IMG/VR virus record: IMGVR_UViG_3300032280_000659 | Coordinates: 1-64,000 of that record | Direction: 5' to 3' (one strand) | Origin: a virus | Taxonomy: Duplodnaviria > Caudoviricetes | DNA: 64,000 nucleotides | Part shown: in pieces, positions 10,487-21,176 of the stretch | Layout of the letters: each line of letters starts with the position of its first letter | Numbering within the stretch: position 1 is the stretch's first letter | Translations under genes and position numbers: made by a program | Notes under the pieces: model-generated | Seen by the model: only the letters and a program-made list of their open reading frames with translations | The model's database searches: none | Told to the model about the DNA's origin: nothing

Positions 10487-10931
10487 TTACTCTTTTGATA
10501 ATGGAAAAAGCCATCTCTTCGGCTGCTGATGGATTGTCACAAAAAAGAACATGAATATTGTGTTTAGTTTGCAGCTCTGTTAAATATTTTAATATATATG
10601 GTGGTCGAATTTTAATTTTACTCCACATTCTTGGCGGAACATTCGAGCCTTTAGGATAATTTAATACATCTTGTAAGCTAAATTCTAATAAAATAAATTT
10701 ATAGAGATAATTAGACATTCTGTCTAGCTCATCTTTAAATCTACTCTCAGATATATTATTTGCTATTTCACTAACTGAATTTTTCCTCTCAATACATAGC
10801 ATTGTTTCTAATCCTTCAATTGAATAGTCTCCTGTATCCAATTTTTTCTTAACCGTGTTGCAAGCAGCGAAGGCCCATGGTTTTTGTTCCCTAGTGTCTA
10901 TCACTATATTAAAACTATACTTGTTATCCAT
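10458..10931 (-). CDS. ERCC4-domain nuclease
   Basis: VIDTREQKPW...LDTGDYS...IERK motifs. Confidence 0.85.
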   Translation of the reverse strand: MDNKYSFNIVIDTREQKPWAFAACNTVKKKLDTGDYSIEGLETMLCIERKNSVSEIANNISESRFKDELDRMSNYLYKFILLEFSLQDVLNYPKGSNVPPRMWSKIKIRPPYILKYLTELQTKHNIHVLFCDNPSAAEEMAFSIIKRVNEMHTYGKL

Positions 10932-11601
10932 GGCAAAACTCCAATAAATCTAATGTTCTTTGTCTGATGATATCGTCAGAAAATTTTAAGTTAGGTATCT
11001 CACTGCTAGTTAGTTTTTTAATATCTTTCATCATAGCTTTAAGTACTTTTTTAATATTTAAGTTTAATCTTAATAAATTAATCAATACGTTATTGTATAA
11101 TATTTGTGTTTTATAAACAGTAGACAATACTAATATATTCATAAGATATTGTAAGTTTTTATTTTTTTTAATATACTGATCAATACTATAGGCTACTACG
11201 CACTCTATTGGCAAAACATTGAAAATTAAACCATTATGGGCTATGGTTGTATGGTCATTATTTATATAAAGATCATGATAATTAATAGTATTATATTTAT
11301 TTTGAATAGTAAAAGTAAATCTATTTAAATAATTAAAAGATATGCCATTGTCATATATAATATTACTAGTCAAAGATATGTTTTGAATAAGGAATGAACA
11401 AATATTTAGAAATATATCAGAATCAGTAATAATAGAACATTCTTTAAAAACAACAGGATACATAAAAAATAATTCTTTTGAGTAATGAAATAGATATAAT
11501 GCTAAAGATCCATCAAGACCAAGAAACGAGGTATATGCTTGATCATAATTCAAGATAGATGACGATAAGATAAAATTATATAAGTAGGCATTATTGTTCA
11601 T
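10924..11601 (-). CDS. Hypothetical protein
   Basis: 225-aa ORF, very AT-rich, overlaps neighbours operon-style. Confidence 0.5.
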   Translation of the reverse strand: MNNNAYLYNFILSSSILNYDQAYTSFLGLDGSLALYLFHYSKELFFMYPVVFKECSIITDSDIFLNICSFLIQNISLTSNIIYDNGISFNYLNRFTFTIQNKYNTINYHDLYINNDHTTIAHNGLIFNVLPIECVVAYSIDQYIKKNKNLQYLMNILVLSTVYKTQILYNNVLINLLRLNLNIKKVLKAMMKDIKKLTSSEIPNLKFSDDIIRQRTLDLLEFCHG

Positions 11602-11878
11602 TGTTGTCTTTATTATTACTCTTCAGTACTAATTGAAGAAAAAATAACTCATAGTTTTCTTCATTATTCTTAATAAAATCATGATGATATTTACATAAAG
11701 TAATACCATTTGATAAATGAAATCTTAGTCCTGGATAATCTGACCATTTTTTTATATGATGAGCATTAAGTTTTTTGTGGGGCTGTACGCAGTGGGGCCA
11801 CTGACAGCTATGGTTATCTCTTTCAAAAATAGACTTAATCCATTGTTTATATTGTCTATCATAATATCTACGAGTCAT
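11591..11878 (-). CDS. HNH endonuclease
   Basis: RDNHSCQWPHC...LNAHHI...NGITLCKYHH. Confidence 0.85.
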   Translation of the reverse strand: MTRRYYDRQYKQWIKSIFERDNHSCQWPHCVQPHKKLNAHHIKKWSDYPGLRFHLSNGITLCKYHHDFIKNNEENYELFFLQLVLKSNNKDNNEQ

Positions 11879-12683
11879 CTTCTTGAACCGATTCTGCATT
11901 GAGTATAGGTCTATCTAATTGTCCGTCTTGATATGAATGTAAATCATATAGTGTGGTCTTGGATTTATTCATAGCCATCTTTAGGATTTCTAACTGTCGT
12001 CCTTCTTTTTCACGGATCTCTTCTTCTTCTAACATTCTAATTAATCCTGTCCAAGAACTTTTTCCGTCTTCTATTCTTTTAATTCGCTGTTCTCTGGTTG
12101 CTTTTAAGTCCTTACTAATTTTTTGTTGTTCTGATAATAACTTAGTATATTCGTTAGTATAGCTAGCAATACTATTTCTAGCAAAACTGAGTTGAGTTTC
12201 CATATTAGCTAATTTAGCAATATCTCTTTGGTCCTCAGGTTTGGCATATTCTTTGTCTACCAATACTTGTAATTTTTCAGTTTCTGTAATATGTCTTTTA
12301 CGTTCTTTCATGCTTCTGTTAATAAGAATATCAATAGTAATAAATTGTTTAATTTGTAATTCTTCAGCTGGTAAAACATCTTCTCTAAACTGTTTAATAA
12401 GATTAATCCATGTATTTTCAAAATACTCTAATTCACCACTTTCTTTATCAAACTGGCGGGTAATTTCAGTCCAAAAAGATTTTGATCGCAACTTGAGTCT
12501 TAGAATCTCATTCTCTTGTTGAACGCCCTTTGGCTGTAGTAATGCTTCGGTTTCCACATATCTCTTAATAGGTTCTGGTGTGCGATTTAGAACAACAGCT
12601 ATATCTTCTATACTTTGTTGATCAATATTATCTCTTATATATTTTTCTTCTTCTAAACTAAGCTGTCCACGTTTTCTACTCAT
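11868..12683 (-). CDS. Coiled-coil protein with N-terminal HTH-like segment (possible small terminase)
   Basis: Likely start MSRKRGQLSLEEEKYI; long coiled coil; upstream of terL. Confidence 0.45.
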   Translation of the reverse strand: MSRKRGQLSLEEEKYIRDNIDQQSIEDIAVVLNRTPEPIKRYVETEALLQPKGVQQENEILRLKLRSKSFWTEITRQFDKESGELEYFENTWINLIKQFREDVLPAEELQIKQFITIDILINRSMKERKRHITETEKLQVLVDKEYAKPEDQRDIAKLANMETQLSFARNSIASYTNEYTKLLSEQQKISKDLKATREQRIKRIEDGKSSWTGLIRMLEEEEIREKEGRQLEILKMAMNKSKTTLYDLHSYQDGQLDRPILNAESVQEDDS

Positions 12684-12687
12684 ATAA

Positions 12688-13311
12688 TTAATCTTTTTTA
12701 AAGTTGGGTAAAATATTATTTTTAATATAGTTCTGAAGTTTAGTTTTATCATTCTTAGATATTTTGACACCATGCTTTAGCTTTAGATAAATTTCTCTAT
12801 ATTTTGTGGGTAAATTATCTTCTAAATAATCTATGATCTCTTGATTAGATATTTCATTAATAAAATCTGAAGATTGTTGTGGATCAGAATTATCAATATA
12901 TCCGGGCTTCATGATATTTTTTTTACTATTATTGCGAGTAAACCATATTTTATATGCATTACAATTCATTTTATCTTTAAATTGTGAACAATCTGACTCT
13001 CCATTGTTGGGCCTATACAATGGACAACTTAAGCATGGTTTATCTGGTCTTTGGTAATGGTCTCTTTTGTAATTAAATAAACGATTTCTAACATGGGTCC
13101 ATAAGAAGTTTTCTAGTGGCCTAGAGTGATCATATTTTTCCAGGCCTTCTAAAGCAAATATGGCTGCTTGTTGCTTCATGTCGTCAATATCATGATAGCC
13201 AAACTTAAACTTATATACTAATTTTTTTGTAATAATATCTAATGTATTAAGAAAGTCTTCTTCTGAAACACTATTATTCTTTATTGGATTCTGTTTTTTC
13301 TTGTTCATCAA
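12688..13311 (-). CDS. Phage sigma70-family RNA polymerase sigma factor with a Cys-rich insert
   Basis: Region-2-like YHDIDDMKQQAAIFALEGLEKYDHSRPLENFLWTHVRNRLFNYKR; region-4-like LEDNLPTKYREIY; CLSC..C..C insert. Confidence 0.7.
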   Translation of the reverse strand: MMNKKKQNPIKNNSVSEEDFLNTLDIITKKLVYKFKFGYHDIDDMKQQAAIFALEGLEKYDHSRPLENFLWTHVRNRLFNYKRDHYQRPDKPCLSCPLYRPNNGESDCSQFKDKMNCNAYKIWFTRNNSKKNIMKPGYIDNSDPQQSSDFINEISNQEIIDYLEDNLPTKYREIYLKLKHGVKISKNDKTKLQNYIKNNILPNFKKD

Positions 13312-13435
13312 GTAATTCTGCTATGGTTTTATTGTCATTCATATCATTTTTAGCTAAATCTTCAGAAACATCTACTTTAGAAGATGCTATAACTTTCATG
13401 GTTGAACCAACAACATTGTATGTGATCTTGTTCAT
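13274..13435 (-). CDS. Small hypothetical protein (53 aa)
   Basis: Manual ORF MNKITYNVVG...ESNKE; downstream of a TGGTGTAA motif. Confidence 0.45.
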   Translation of the reverse strand: MNKITYNVVGSTMKVIASSKVDVSEDLAKNDMNDNKTIAELLDEQEKTESNKE

Positions 13436-13525
13436 AAAAAACCTAGGTGTTGCGTGACTAAAAATCTGGTCTATAATATGATTATTATAGGATAAGTTAC
13501 ACCAATGTAAAGTGAGACATTAATA

Positions 13526-13729
13526 ATGAATAAAACATATAAAAAGTGGGCAGAGAGTGATTTGGACTTTATCCGTCAAAACTACGACAAAATGACTGAT
13601 AAAGATATGTCTGAAACTTTATCTAAAATTTCTGGACAAAATATTACTATTAGTATGGTTAGAAGACAACGACGCAAGCTTGTATTAGGAAGAAAGCGTG
13701 GTCGTCCAAAAAACATAATAAGTAAATAA
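13526..13729 (+). CDS. Small DNA-binding protein (HTH-like with AT-hook RKRGRPK)
   Basis: KWAESDLDFIRQNY..MTDKDMSETL..; C-terminal GRP AT-hook; own TTGCGT..TATAAT promoter at 13450-13477. Confidence 0.65.
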   Translation: MNKTYKKWAESDLDFIRQNYDKMTDKDMSETLSKISGQNITISMVRRQRRKLVLGRKRGRPKNIISK

Positions 13730-13732
13730 TAT

Positions 13733-14620
13733 TTATGGTAGCAAATCTAACTCTTGGTATAATCGATTCATATGAGCAGTATAGTCACAAGAGCATGATG
13801 CGCTATTAAATGTGTATGACGTATTTGGTGTACTTGGTGGACATTGGTCTATACATGATCCATCGTCACAGGTTAACTTGTCGGATGGACATCCGTCACA
13901 GGTACAAGTTTTGACATACGATTGACCTGGTTCACAAACATTGGTACATGGTTTGCAAGCGCATGTAGAGCTATCAAAAAATTCACTATCTGAACAATCG
14001 TCTTCAGTAATCCAACATTTACATGAACAATCTGATGAGTCTACAGATGGTGTTTCTGGCGGACAGGTATTTCCACTATTAGGATCATCATATTGGCAAT
14101 AGCATTCGCACGTATCTGTATTTAAACTAGGGGTGCCTCCGGTACACTCTCCTGGACTTCTATTACATTCGACACATTCGCATAAGTCAGCGTCTAATGA
14201 GGGGGTTGGAGCTGTACAGTCATCATCAGTAAGTTGACACTCACATTCACAAGTGTCAGTATTGAGTTGTTCATTAGGATTCTCGCATCCATCTTCAGCT
14301 AATTTACAATAACATGTGCACTTGTCTCCGTTCCAATCCGGTGTTGGTGCCTCACAATCTCCACTCCATCTTCTATCTATAGCATTGCCTTCTGAATCAT
14401 AATCGTATGTATACGAGCCTATTTGACCACCAGCTTGTTGATCGCATTCACACTCACAGCAACCTCTCCAGCTACGATGAGGAGTTGCTTCGCTATATGC
14501 TGTACAATTAACTCCGTCGTCTAATGGGCATACACAACAAGGCGCTTCGATAATTTTTTCCCATAATCCACCACATTCTGGTGGGGCAGGACAAGGACAG
14601 CTTTTTCCGCAACAACTCAT
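13733..14620 (-). CDS. Cys-rich CXCXC-repeat protein
   Basis: 46 Cys in 295 aa; repeated C-x-P..N.DTCECxC units; ends DLLP. Confidence 0.7.
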   Translation of the reverse strand: MSCCGKSCPCPAPPECGGLWEKIIEAPCCVCPLDDGVNCTAYSEATPHRSWRGCCECECDQQAGGQIGSYTYDYDSEGNAIDRRWSGDCEAPTPDWNGDKCTCYCKLAEDGCENPNEQLNTDTCECECQLTDDDCTAPTPSLDADLCECVECNRSPGECTGGTPSLNTDTCECYCQYDDPNSGNTCPPETPSVDSSDCSCKCWITEDDCSDSEFFDSSTCACKPCTNVCEPGQSYVKTCTCDGCPSDKLTCDDGSCIDQCPPSTPNTSYTFNSASCSCDYTAHMNRLYQELDLLP

Positions 14621-14637
14621 ATAATTACCTTTTAGTA

Positions 14638-15819
14638 TTATGTATTTGTAATATTTATAAAATTTAAACTATTAGTTGAGATAACATTATTGGGTACTAT
14701 AGAATTGGATGCTCTGTCTATAATTTGTATTTCTGGCGCTAGTTTGTGATTGTAACCTGGGTCAATAACTTCAATATCTGATAGCGTAAAATTATCTGTA
14801 ATTTGAGCTGATATTAAGTCATTATTAATAATTATATTAGGAACTAAACCCCAAATACGATATACAGAATCATCTTCTGATAAAACACAAATTTCGTCAC
14901 TAGAAAAATAGTGTTCTCCAGGATTAACTACTGTTATTTCTTTTAATACAAATAAATTATCAATAGTAATATTACAACCAGAGCCGAGTCCTTCGTAAAA
15001 AATAGTATTAGTGTTAGGTGAAGAAATAAAAGATCCATCAAATAATATTTTATGTTTTAAGATACTACCTGACTCATCTACTTCTGTAACTTCTATAATA
15101 GCTCCACCATCATCTTCATTGTCAGAGCCGAAGACGTCAAAAATATCTCCAACAGAATACCCGCTACCGCCACTAATTTGAATAGTAGAATCAGAAAGTC
15201 CCCAAATTGGATCTAATTCGGCATTAATAAACTCTTGGCCAAAATTATTCATTCTTTGTACAGTAAACTCTGTTTCTACGGCAAAAAGAAACTGTGGACC
15301 AAGTGTTGAGATGCCTATAGAATCAATTGGCCCTGCTACCTGCAAACGTAAACTATTTATAGAGAAAAAATCATTAGCATCAGATGATAATAAATTAGTA
15401 TTTAATAAATTATTAGAAATAACAAAAGTATTAGTAACTTCTTTATTATTAAGTGTAAATTCTGTTGTATTTATAATTTTATTATTAGTATCTAGTATAG
15501 TTGCATAAATATAGTCGGATGTGTAAGAACTATCAATATTTGTAATAACTATAGTATTTTCTGTAGCTAATAATATTATATCTATTAATGTATTATCTTT
15601 AATTGTTTCAGAATTTATGACACTAACAAAAGCACTAGCAGGAATAATATCGTGAGTTAAATTAAAAGTATCTCTAGAAATACCTAAATTTGTAACTCTA
15701 GAACCTGGACCATTTAGTGGTCTATGAATGTATTGAGTAAGACTTGTATAAATTTTTTTAGCAATTAAGGCATTGTAATTTACTGTATATTTATTATTAA
15801 TAATATTGAATGATATCAT
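14638..15819 (-). CDS. Virion structural protein (beta-rich, tail/baseplate-like)
   Basis: GGSGYSVGD, VVNPGEHY and VIDPGYNH repeats typical of phage structural proteins. Confidence 0.55.
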   Translation of the reverse strand: MISFNIINNKYTVNYNALIAKKIYTSLTQYIHRPLNGPGSRVTNLGISRDTFNLTHDIIPASAFVSVINSETIKDNTLIDIILLATENTIVITNIDSSYTSDYIYATILDTNNKIINTTEFTLNNKEVTNTFVISNNLLNTNLLSSDANDFFSINSLRLQVAGPIDSIGISTLGPQFLFAVETEFTVQRMNNFGQEFINAELDPIWGLSDSTIQISGGSGYSVGDIFDVFGSDNEDDGGAIIEVTEVDESGSILKHKILFDGSFISSPNTNTIFYEGLGSGCNITIDNLFVLKEITVVNPGEHYFSSDEICVLSEDDSVYRIWGLVPNIIINNDLISAQITDNFTLSDIEVIDPGYNHKLAPEIQIIDRASNSIVPNNVISTNSLNFINITNT

Positions 15820-15847
15820 ATTTATATCTCATAACTTAAAATTTTAT

Positions 15848-17362
15848 TTAACCGCAACCAAGAAACGTTATTGTGCCTGTGGCGTTTACAACCTCTTTAG
15901 CTTGAGCACAACAATTTTGACAATTAGCAGCCAAAGATTGTTGGTATTTTCTGTCTAGGTCGTCTAATGCAGAACTGAGCGCTGTGCCAGCTGCTCCAGC
16001 TATTTGAAAAGCTATGGTATTTTGTGCACACCTAAAATTAGACAATGGTGTGTATAATGAACTATTACTAATTTTATTATTAACTTGCGCCCAGTTTACA
16101 TTTCCGGCACCGTTTACACAATCCGTAATATCATAACAAGTGTCTATTTCTCTAATACTTAGACCTGACCATTTATCTCCATGTTCAGCAGTAAAAGTCG
16201 GAGGCAACACATCTCTAAGAGCCAATGATGATGGGGCAAACATACATATGCGCCATGTTCCGTCTCCAACTTCGTATGGTGGCATCATACTGGGCTGACC
16301 CTGCTGCGGAAATGCTGCTGTATTATAACATGGCCACCCATATAATACTTTGCCTCCAACTTTAGGATATGGTACAATCTCAAATCTTGTTAAACAGCCT
16401 TGGTTATTTGGATTTCCTCTACCTCCACTATTTCTAATATTCCAATCTTTAAGTTCTGGTCCATTTTTTAGTATTGGTTTGGTTATTACTGTAGCAAAAT
16501 CTTCTGCATCTATTTTTTTTATGCCTATACCAGAAATATTAAATGTTTTATCTTCGTCGTCCATAACGCATCGACAAGTTCCTTCGATCGTTACCTTGAC
16601 ATTAATTGCACATTTACGAACAGTAGACTGTTTATGCTCAAATGAGTTTCTTACATATTTATCAATAGTTCTTAAACAATCTGTTTGAATAAATTTTTCT
16701 GCTTCTTTTTTAACTTTAGCAACAGCTTCTTGTGAAGTAACTACACCATTACCGTCTGTGTCCATAAATTGTCTTTTACTGTTTTGACATGGAGTATCTT
16801 TGCCTCCAACCCCTGGGGTTTGACGTAATCTTGGCTTCATAGCACCGCCTCCTGGGTCGGTGCAAGCTGGTACACATTGATTGGCACAAAAATTAACTGG
16901 ACCTCCACAGTTATTTACTTGATCTCTTAATGCCCAACAAGTACCAGAACCAGGAGATTGAGCTTCTTTTTGTGCATCGCATATGTCATTTCCGTTGATA
17001 CATGTTCTATATTGTTCACAGATTGCATTTTCTACTAATGGTCCAAAAGTTCTAGCTCCTCCTTCAGGTTCACAATTAATTGGGCCAACATTTACTGGAT
17101 TAGAAGGAGGATATGTTAAAACTTTAAATTTAGCATTTTTACCACCATCAATTATATCATTAGAAGATAGTCCGGATACGTCTGTATTTTGAAGTACGTC
17201 ACTAGTATACTTATATATTGTTGGTCCGCCAGCAACTGGACAAGTTTTCTGAAACTTAAAAGTCTCTTTTTGATATTTAACTGCTTCCACAGCGGGTGTG
17301 TCTGGACATCCTTCTCCTTCTTCACAGGCAGCATTACCTGTTTGTTGTATATTTATACTCAT
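15848..17362 (-). CDS. Cys-rich hypothetical protein
   Basis: 504-aa ORF with many paired Cys. Confidence 0.6.
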   Translation of the reverse strand: MSINIQQTGNAACEEGEGCPDTPAVEAVKYQKETFKFQKTCPVAGGPTIYKYTSDVLQNTDVSGLSSNDIIDGGKNAKFKVLTYPPSNPVNVGPINCEPEGGARTFGPLVENAICEQYRTCINGNDICDAQKEAQSPGSGTCWALRDQVNNCGGPVNFCANQCVPACTDPGGGAMKPRLRQTPGVGGKDTPCQNSKRQFMDTDGNGVVTSQEAVAKVKKEAEKFIQTDCLRTIDKYVRNSFEHKQSTVRKCAINVKVTIEGTCRCVMDDEDKTFNISGIGIKKIDAEDFATVITKPILKNGPELKDWNIRNSGGRGNPNNQGCLTRFEIVPYPKVGGKVLYGWPCYNTAAFPQQGQPSMMPPYEVGDGTWRICMFAPSSLALRDVLPPTFTAEHGDKWSGLSIREIDTCYDITDCVNGAGNVNWAQVNNKISNSSLYTPLSNFRCAQNTIAFQIAGAAGTALSSALDDLDRKYQQSLAANCQNCCAQAKEVVNATGTITFLGCG

Positions 17363-17658
17363 TTAAGAGTTCCTTATATTATTAGTGTAAGAGGTTTTAT
17401 TTTTGATATTAAAAACTATAGAAGGATTGCTAGCAAAAAATTGTTCAGTATTTTCTGGCTGTTTTTCTGTGTTAGTATTTTTAATATTATAGAAAGTTTT
17501 ATTAATTCTAAAAACTATATTTTTATTTACCAATATATTCATAGTATAATTCCGTATTTTAGAGATGCCAGAACAACTTCTTATACACCAAAAAAATAAA
17601 CCGCACCATAAAGATGCGGCTATTTATTAGAAAATAACTTATAGAAAACTTATATAAA

Positions 17659-18261
17659 TTATTCTTTATCTAGTTCTTCGTCATTTTCTGGTACTGGCTG
17701 ATTGGCCAATAATTTTTTAGACTTTTTAATAGCTCTATTAACCATAACCCTGCCAACCATGTCAACAAATGGAAGTCCTCGTCGGCTTGCTTCTTCTCTG
17801 AGCCATCCAACAACAGTGTCCAGATTTTGAGAACACCACTCATTGCCCTTTTCGTTCATAGCAAGAGCATGACGGCGACAGGAACAGCTGTCACTCATAT
17901 GAATACCTAAAGTTTTGATCATTCCTGCCAATACTGTACCAGGACCATGAGGATCTTCTTCCATGGTTCGTGGAAATAATGACCGTAAAACCGCACTAGG
18001 ATTATCTCCTAGGATTTGTAGTAATCTATTCTCTAAAGTTGACTGATTCCATAATCCATTTAATTCTTCATATGATGGGCCACCATATAAAGTAATAGGT
18101 AATGGAAAATGCTGTATATTAACAGTTATTCTTTGTGCTTCTGGTTCAATGCTAAATGTTAAATCTAAGGTATCTGTTGCTATAGCTTCTGGACTAGTTA
18201 CTTTGCCAGCATTATCAGAAAAAGGTGGTGGTACAACATTAATTTTTTGTGCTAGTTTCAT
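17659..18261 (-). CDS. Hypothetical protein
   Basis: 200-aa ORF with GPGT...CSC motif; followed by a hairpin at ~17595-17625. Confidence 0.6.
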   Translation of the reverse strand: MKLAQKINVVPPPFSDNAGKVTSPEAIATDTLDLTFSIEPEAQRITVNIQHFPLPITLYGGPSYEELNGLWNQSTLENRLLQILGDNPSAVLRSLFPRTMEEDPHGPGTVLAGMIKTLGIHMSDSCSCRRHALAMNEKGNEWCSQNLDTVVGWLREEASRRGLPFVDMVGRVMVNRAIKKSKKLLANQPVPENDEELDKE

Positions 18262-18355
18262 GGACGGATATCCCCTATTTTTCCTAAGAATAAAATATAA
18301 CCTTTAGTTTATAATAAAGGGCCAGATTTATCTGTCAAGAGGATATAAAATATTT

Positions 18356-19660
18356 TTAAGGCAATAAATCTAATAATGAAGCTTGTTCTATTTCGTACTG
18401 TGAACAGAACCAATTGCCTTGTTTATCTTGCATACATTTTAATGGCTTACCAATAGATTGTGAATCATTAGCACAAGAGTCTTCGCACGACCAACATTCT
18501 TTCGATTTAAGTTGGCTATCGTTACAATCGCTACTAAATACGGGCTGCTCGCATTTTTCACACTCTAATAAAGTATCAAGGTCTTTGCAAACATTATTAT
18601 CACAAACCTGTTCTCTGCCACACAAGCTACTACAAAAACCATCATCACAATATTCGCAAGGACCAGTACATTCAGCAGAAACTGTGCATTTTTTAATACA
18701 TAGTGTTCCTAAACATGTTTCTCCTGGTGGACATGTATTAATTTTTTCACAATTATCATTATATTCAAAACATGAATTGGCAAATTTATCTTTTACTATT
18801 CCATTACAACATAGTTGGTATGGCGCATAATTAGGAACACAAGAGAATTCTGTATCAGAAATTTTTTCGCATCTCTCGCACTTTAATGGATCGCATTCTG
18901 GAGTGCATCCTTGATTAACACATACTCCAAATAAACAATCTTCTCCTGTTCCACATCTATATTTACAATATCCGTCTACACAATCATAACACGAAACGGA
19001 ACTACATGGACGTTCTTGATTACATGATTTTTTACAAATATAATCGGTTGCAGCAACATCGTATGAGCAATCAAATCCTGGAGAACAAATATCTTTACAG
19101 CCGTTATCTGTGCATTGTTCACAAGTTTTACAACTATACTCTAAGCCATAGGGATTGATGCACCTATAGCATGGTGGAACAGGAAATTTCTTATAGACAC
19201 ATTTTTTTTTATCTTCTACCCAAGCTCCACAAGGATCAGGTGTTGGGCTCATATTATTTTTATGGGTCCAGCGACCATAATAACATATCATGCAAGGGTC
19301 GTCGGGGTGCTCTTTATTGTTATTGTTTCCTACACACGGAAGATCATCTTCATTTTTTTGTTTTTGATCACCCTTTAAAGTATTAGCAGTAATTATTTCT
19401 CTATTATTATGCTCTGGATTTTTAAATTTAAGTGTGGTTGTGAAGCTTTTGGGCTGGGCCATACTTTGTATATTAATATTTGCCCCTACTGATACTGCTG
19501 TTACTTCATTAACTTTACTAGATGAATTTGGTGATAAAATTTTTGATCCATATGCTACTTGAGGTACATTCAGACTTTGGGGTGCATTATCAGCAGGATC
19601 GGGGGAAGTGGATTGTCCTGAAATAGAGATTATTCGACCATTAGTATGGAATGTTGTCAT
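18356..19660 (-). CDS. Cys-rich repeat protein, paralog A
   Basis: Starts MTTFHTNGRIIS; ends DLLP; dense Cys repeats. Confidence 0.7.
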   Translation of the reverse strand: MTTFHTNGRIISISGQSTSPDPADNAPQSLNVPQVAYGSKILSPNSSSKVNEVTAVSVGANINIQSMAQPKSFTTTLKFKNPEHNNREIITANTLKGDQKQKNEDDLPCVGNNNNKEHPDDPCMICYYGRWTHKNNMSPTPDPCGAWVEDKKKCVYKKFPVPPCYRCINPYGLEYSCKTCEQCTDNGCKDICSPGFDCSYDVAATDYICKKSCNQERPCSSVSCYDCVDGYCKYRCGTGEDCLFGVCVNQGCTPECDPLKCERCEKISDTEFSCVPNYAPYQLCCNGIVKDKFANSCFEYNDNCEKINTCPPGETCLGTLCIKKCTVSAECTGPCEYCDDGFCSSLCGREQVCDNNVCKDLDTLLECEKCEQPVFSSDCNDSQLKSKECWSCEDSCANDSQSIGKPLKCMQDKQGNWFCSQYEIEQASLLDLLP

Positions 19661-19678
19661 ATTAAACTTTATATTAAG

Positions 19679-21133
19679 TTAAGGAATTAGATCTGAGGAT
19701 AAACCTGTGATATTTATCTCATAAGGATCTTTACATTCTCCAGTACCTGTGCATACTAATTTTTTCTTATATAAGATCGAAGCTTCTGCACAATCGTCGT
19801 TGCATGTATAACATGATATGTTAACCGAACATAATGCTATATTATCACTACATTCTGGAGTATCTTTATATTTTAAGCTTTGACATTTGCTTGTACAATT
19901 TAATGCTCTTTTAATACTTTCCATTATTGATGCATCTGGTACACACTGTCCATTAAAACAACTGGTTCCAGGACTTCTGCTGTAAATACTACCTGCTCCA
20001 CAAGGCAAACACATATTAGTATAACTGCCATCTTCTTGAGATAATACTTTAGTACATTGTTCACAGCATAAAGGATTACAGTCGCTATCAAATCGGCATC
20101 CTATATCTCTACATTGTCTACCGCTATTAGTATTTGCTCCTCCATAACATTCTGTACCAGGAGGACAAATTGGAACTTGTGGATGATCACAATCTTGAAA
20201 AGTATAACAATCCTCATATTCAGCAACTACCAGACTTCCATCACAACACACTAATCGTTCTCCTCTTGAATTAGTTGTTGGAGGAGACGAGCACCCATAA
20301 ACGCCATTTTTATATTCGCATGTTTCACATTTAAGAGGGTCACAAGTTGGCTTAAAACATCCAGATTCACAGTTTCCTTTTATACATTTTGATCCGCTAC
20401 CACAAGAAGGTTTACATATATTTGCATCGTTACAAGTTTCGCATTCTTGCCATGAACAATCGCTACTATCTACACAAAATTTAACGCATCCGTTGTCTGT
20501 GCATGTTTTATTGTCAAGACATATATCCTTACATTGATATTCCTGTTTTCCTGTAAATGGATTAATTCCATTCTCAACACAATCTTCACAATCTTTACAT
20601 GAAAAATATTTCCCCCGAACGTTATCACAGGTCCAACAAGGAGGTAGTGGGGTTCTTTGAAACTCACAGCTAGCTCCTGCTGGAACATAAACCCACTTGC
20701 CACACTCTGTGTCTTCAATTTCATTTTTATGTTTCCATCTAGAGCCCCAGCGGTCAGATGTACATACCAAACAGGGATTTTCTGGATGAATTTGTTGGTT
20801 TAATTGATCGGTGCATTTTAATTTTTTATCTTTAGCGGGCTTCATAAAAACAGCCAATGCAACATTATTCTTTTTTTGTGCTGGCTGTTGTGCTGTTTTT
20901 AAGTTTTGAACTTCGGAAACTTGATTAATGCGTAATACTGAAGGTTCTGAACTACTAGCTTGATTAGTAACAAAACTATCATCATCTTTAGATACTATTT
21001 GAGAAGCATACGTTGTTCTAATCTTGTTATTGTTTGAAGAAGAAGATGATTGTGCAGAAGATTGGGGGTCGGCCTTGTGCGAAACAGGGGGAGGATTAGA
21101 AATTATGCGACCATTAGTGTGAAATGTGGCCAT
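19679..21133 (-). CDS. Cys-rich repeat protein, paralog B
   Basis: Starts MATFHTNGRIIS; ends DLIP; colinear Cys pattern with 18356..19660. Confidence 0.7.
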   Translation of the reverse strand: MATFHTNGRIISNPPPVSHKADPQSSAQSSSSSNNNKIRTTYASQIVSKDDDSFVTNQASSSEPSVLRINQVSEVQNLKTAQQPAQKKNNVALAVFMKPAKDKKLKCTDQLNQQIHPENPCLVCTSDRWGSRWKHKNEIEDTECGKWVYVPAGASCEFQRTPLPPCWTCDNVRGKYFSCKDCEDCVENGINPFTGKQEYQCKDICLDNKTCTDNGCVKFCVDSSDCSWQECETCNDANICKPSCGSGSKCIKGNCESGCFKPTCDPLKCETCEYKNGVYGCSSPPTTNSRGERLVCCDGSLVVAEYEDCYTFQDCDHPQVPICPPGTECYGGANTNSGRQCRDIGCRFDSDCNPLCCEQCTKVLSQEDGSYTNMCLPCGAGSIYSRSPGTSCFNGQCVPDASIMESIKRALNCTSKCQSLKYKDTPECSDNIALCSVNISCYTCNDDCAEASILYKKKLVCTGTGECKDPYEINITGLSSDLIP

Positions 21134-21176
21134 AAGATGTTATCTTTATAATGTGGGATGATGGATTATTCGTAAG

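Noticed and set aside
115-20724. Short plus-strand and alternate-frame ORFs overlapping late genes (e.g. 584..769, 5189..5512, 9924..10271, 16350..16688, 18414..18830)
   Set aside because: Shadows of long, motif-bearing minus-strand genes, lacking RBS or promoters.
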